Below are positions 63,683 to 64,000 of a stretch of 64,000 bases of DNA, piece after piece. The position numbers were made by a program, and so were the translations under genes. This DNA comes from Escherichia phage Bf23. Location: the sequence record OR083247.1; one strand, 5' to 3'. The first letter of the stretch is position 1. The number at the start of each line of letters is the position of its first letter. The notes under the pieces are model-generated. The model searched no databases. It saw nothing but the letters and a program-made list of their open reading frames with translations, and had not been told where the DNA came from.

Positions 63683-64000
63683 TTAAGATGCAGCGTAAGT
63701 ACCAGATACAACGCCATTATTAAAGTAACGTTGCAGGTTAACACGCTGAGTAACGTAGTATGCATCACGCTGTTTACCAGCTTGGCGCTCACGTTCAACA
63801 GTAACAGCACGCTGACGCGGCATTACGAAGTTATCTTTATAAACAATAACTGCGAACTCTGCTGAGTTAGCTTTAGCTGGGAAGAATTCAGAAACTACAA
63901 CCGGCAGACCATAAATACGACCAACCTGACCTTGCAGTTTAACAGCATCGTTACCAACCTGTGCAACATCCTGCCATTCTTCATCTTCCAGCAGATCGTA
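63683..64000 (-). CDS. virion structural protein, C-terminal fragment (possibly capsid-associated), truncated by window edge
   Basis: Minus-strand frame open from 64000 to a TAA at 63683-63685; high-expression codon usage; not in the ORF track because no start lies in the window. Confidence 0.45.
   Translation of the reverse strand, partial: YDLLEDEEWQDVAQVGNDAVKLQGQVGRIYGLPVVVSEFFPAKANSAEFAVIVYKDNFVMPRQRAVTVERERQAGKQRDAYYVTQRVNLQRYFNNGVVSGTYAAS

Noticed and set aside
63604-63810. 68-aa minus-strand ORF
   Set aside because: It is in a different frame from, and overlaps, the long open frame (63683-64000) that has high-expression codon usage and a terminator; it also overlaps the start of gene 63111-63623.
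1-64000. Integrase, transposase or other markers of an integrated mobile element
   Set aside because: No recombinase motifs or att-like flanking repeats were seen. The only mobile-type genes are free-standing HNH and GIY-YIG-like endonucleases, consistent with a lytic T5-like phage.

Overview
This window reads as a contiguous segment of a T5-like siphophage genome (Tequintavirus-type), identified from sequence alone with no database search. Three blocks are visible. (1) Positions 1-17.6 kb, minus strand: a tRNA cluster (Gly, Asp, Asn, Cys, Phe, Glu, Tyr, most with encoded CCA) interleaved with small ORFs, HNH and GIY-YIG/T5orf172-type endonuclease genes, then RNase H, thymidylate synthase, DHFR, NrdB, NrdA and PhoH. 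(2) Positions 17.9-45 kb, plus strand: NrdD, a Sir2-like gene, a 929-aa Walker-type ATPase, a split NAD-dependent ligase, helicase, primase, family-A DNA polymerase (855 aa), SF2 helicase, SbcCD-like nuclease, flap endonuclease and dUTPase. The flap endonuclease matches the T5 D15 5'-exonuclease as I recall it, and the promoter at 26525-26553 is near-identical to the classical T5 PN25 promoter. (3) Positions 45-64 kb, minus strand: the tail module (L-shaped tail fibre, collar, pb4, pb3, pb9, tape measure, chaperones, p140, tail tube pb6, head-tail joining proteins) and the C-terminal part of a further structural gene cut by the window edge. Early genes carry a recurring TTGCTA-N17-TATAAT promoter with a conserved downstream ATAAATTTGAGAG box. 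I could not single out one unambiguous novel system. The best candidates for a second look are the Sir2-like accessory module, the non-canonical tRNA-like RNAs, a 617-bp ORF-free region behind a strong promoter, a codon-atypical ORF between polymerase and helicase, a possible +1 frameshift in the tail chaperone pair, and three small accessory proteins (DEDDh exonuclease, receiver-like, secreted SleB-like hydrolase).
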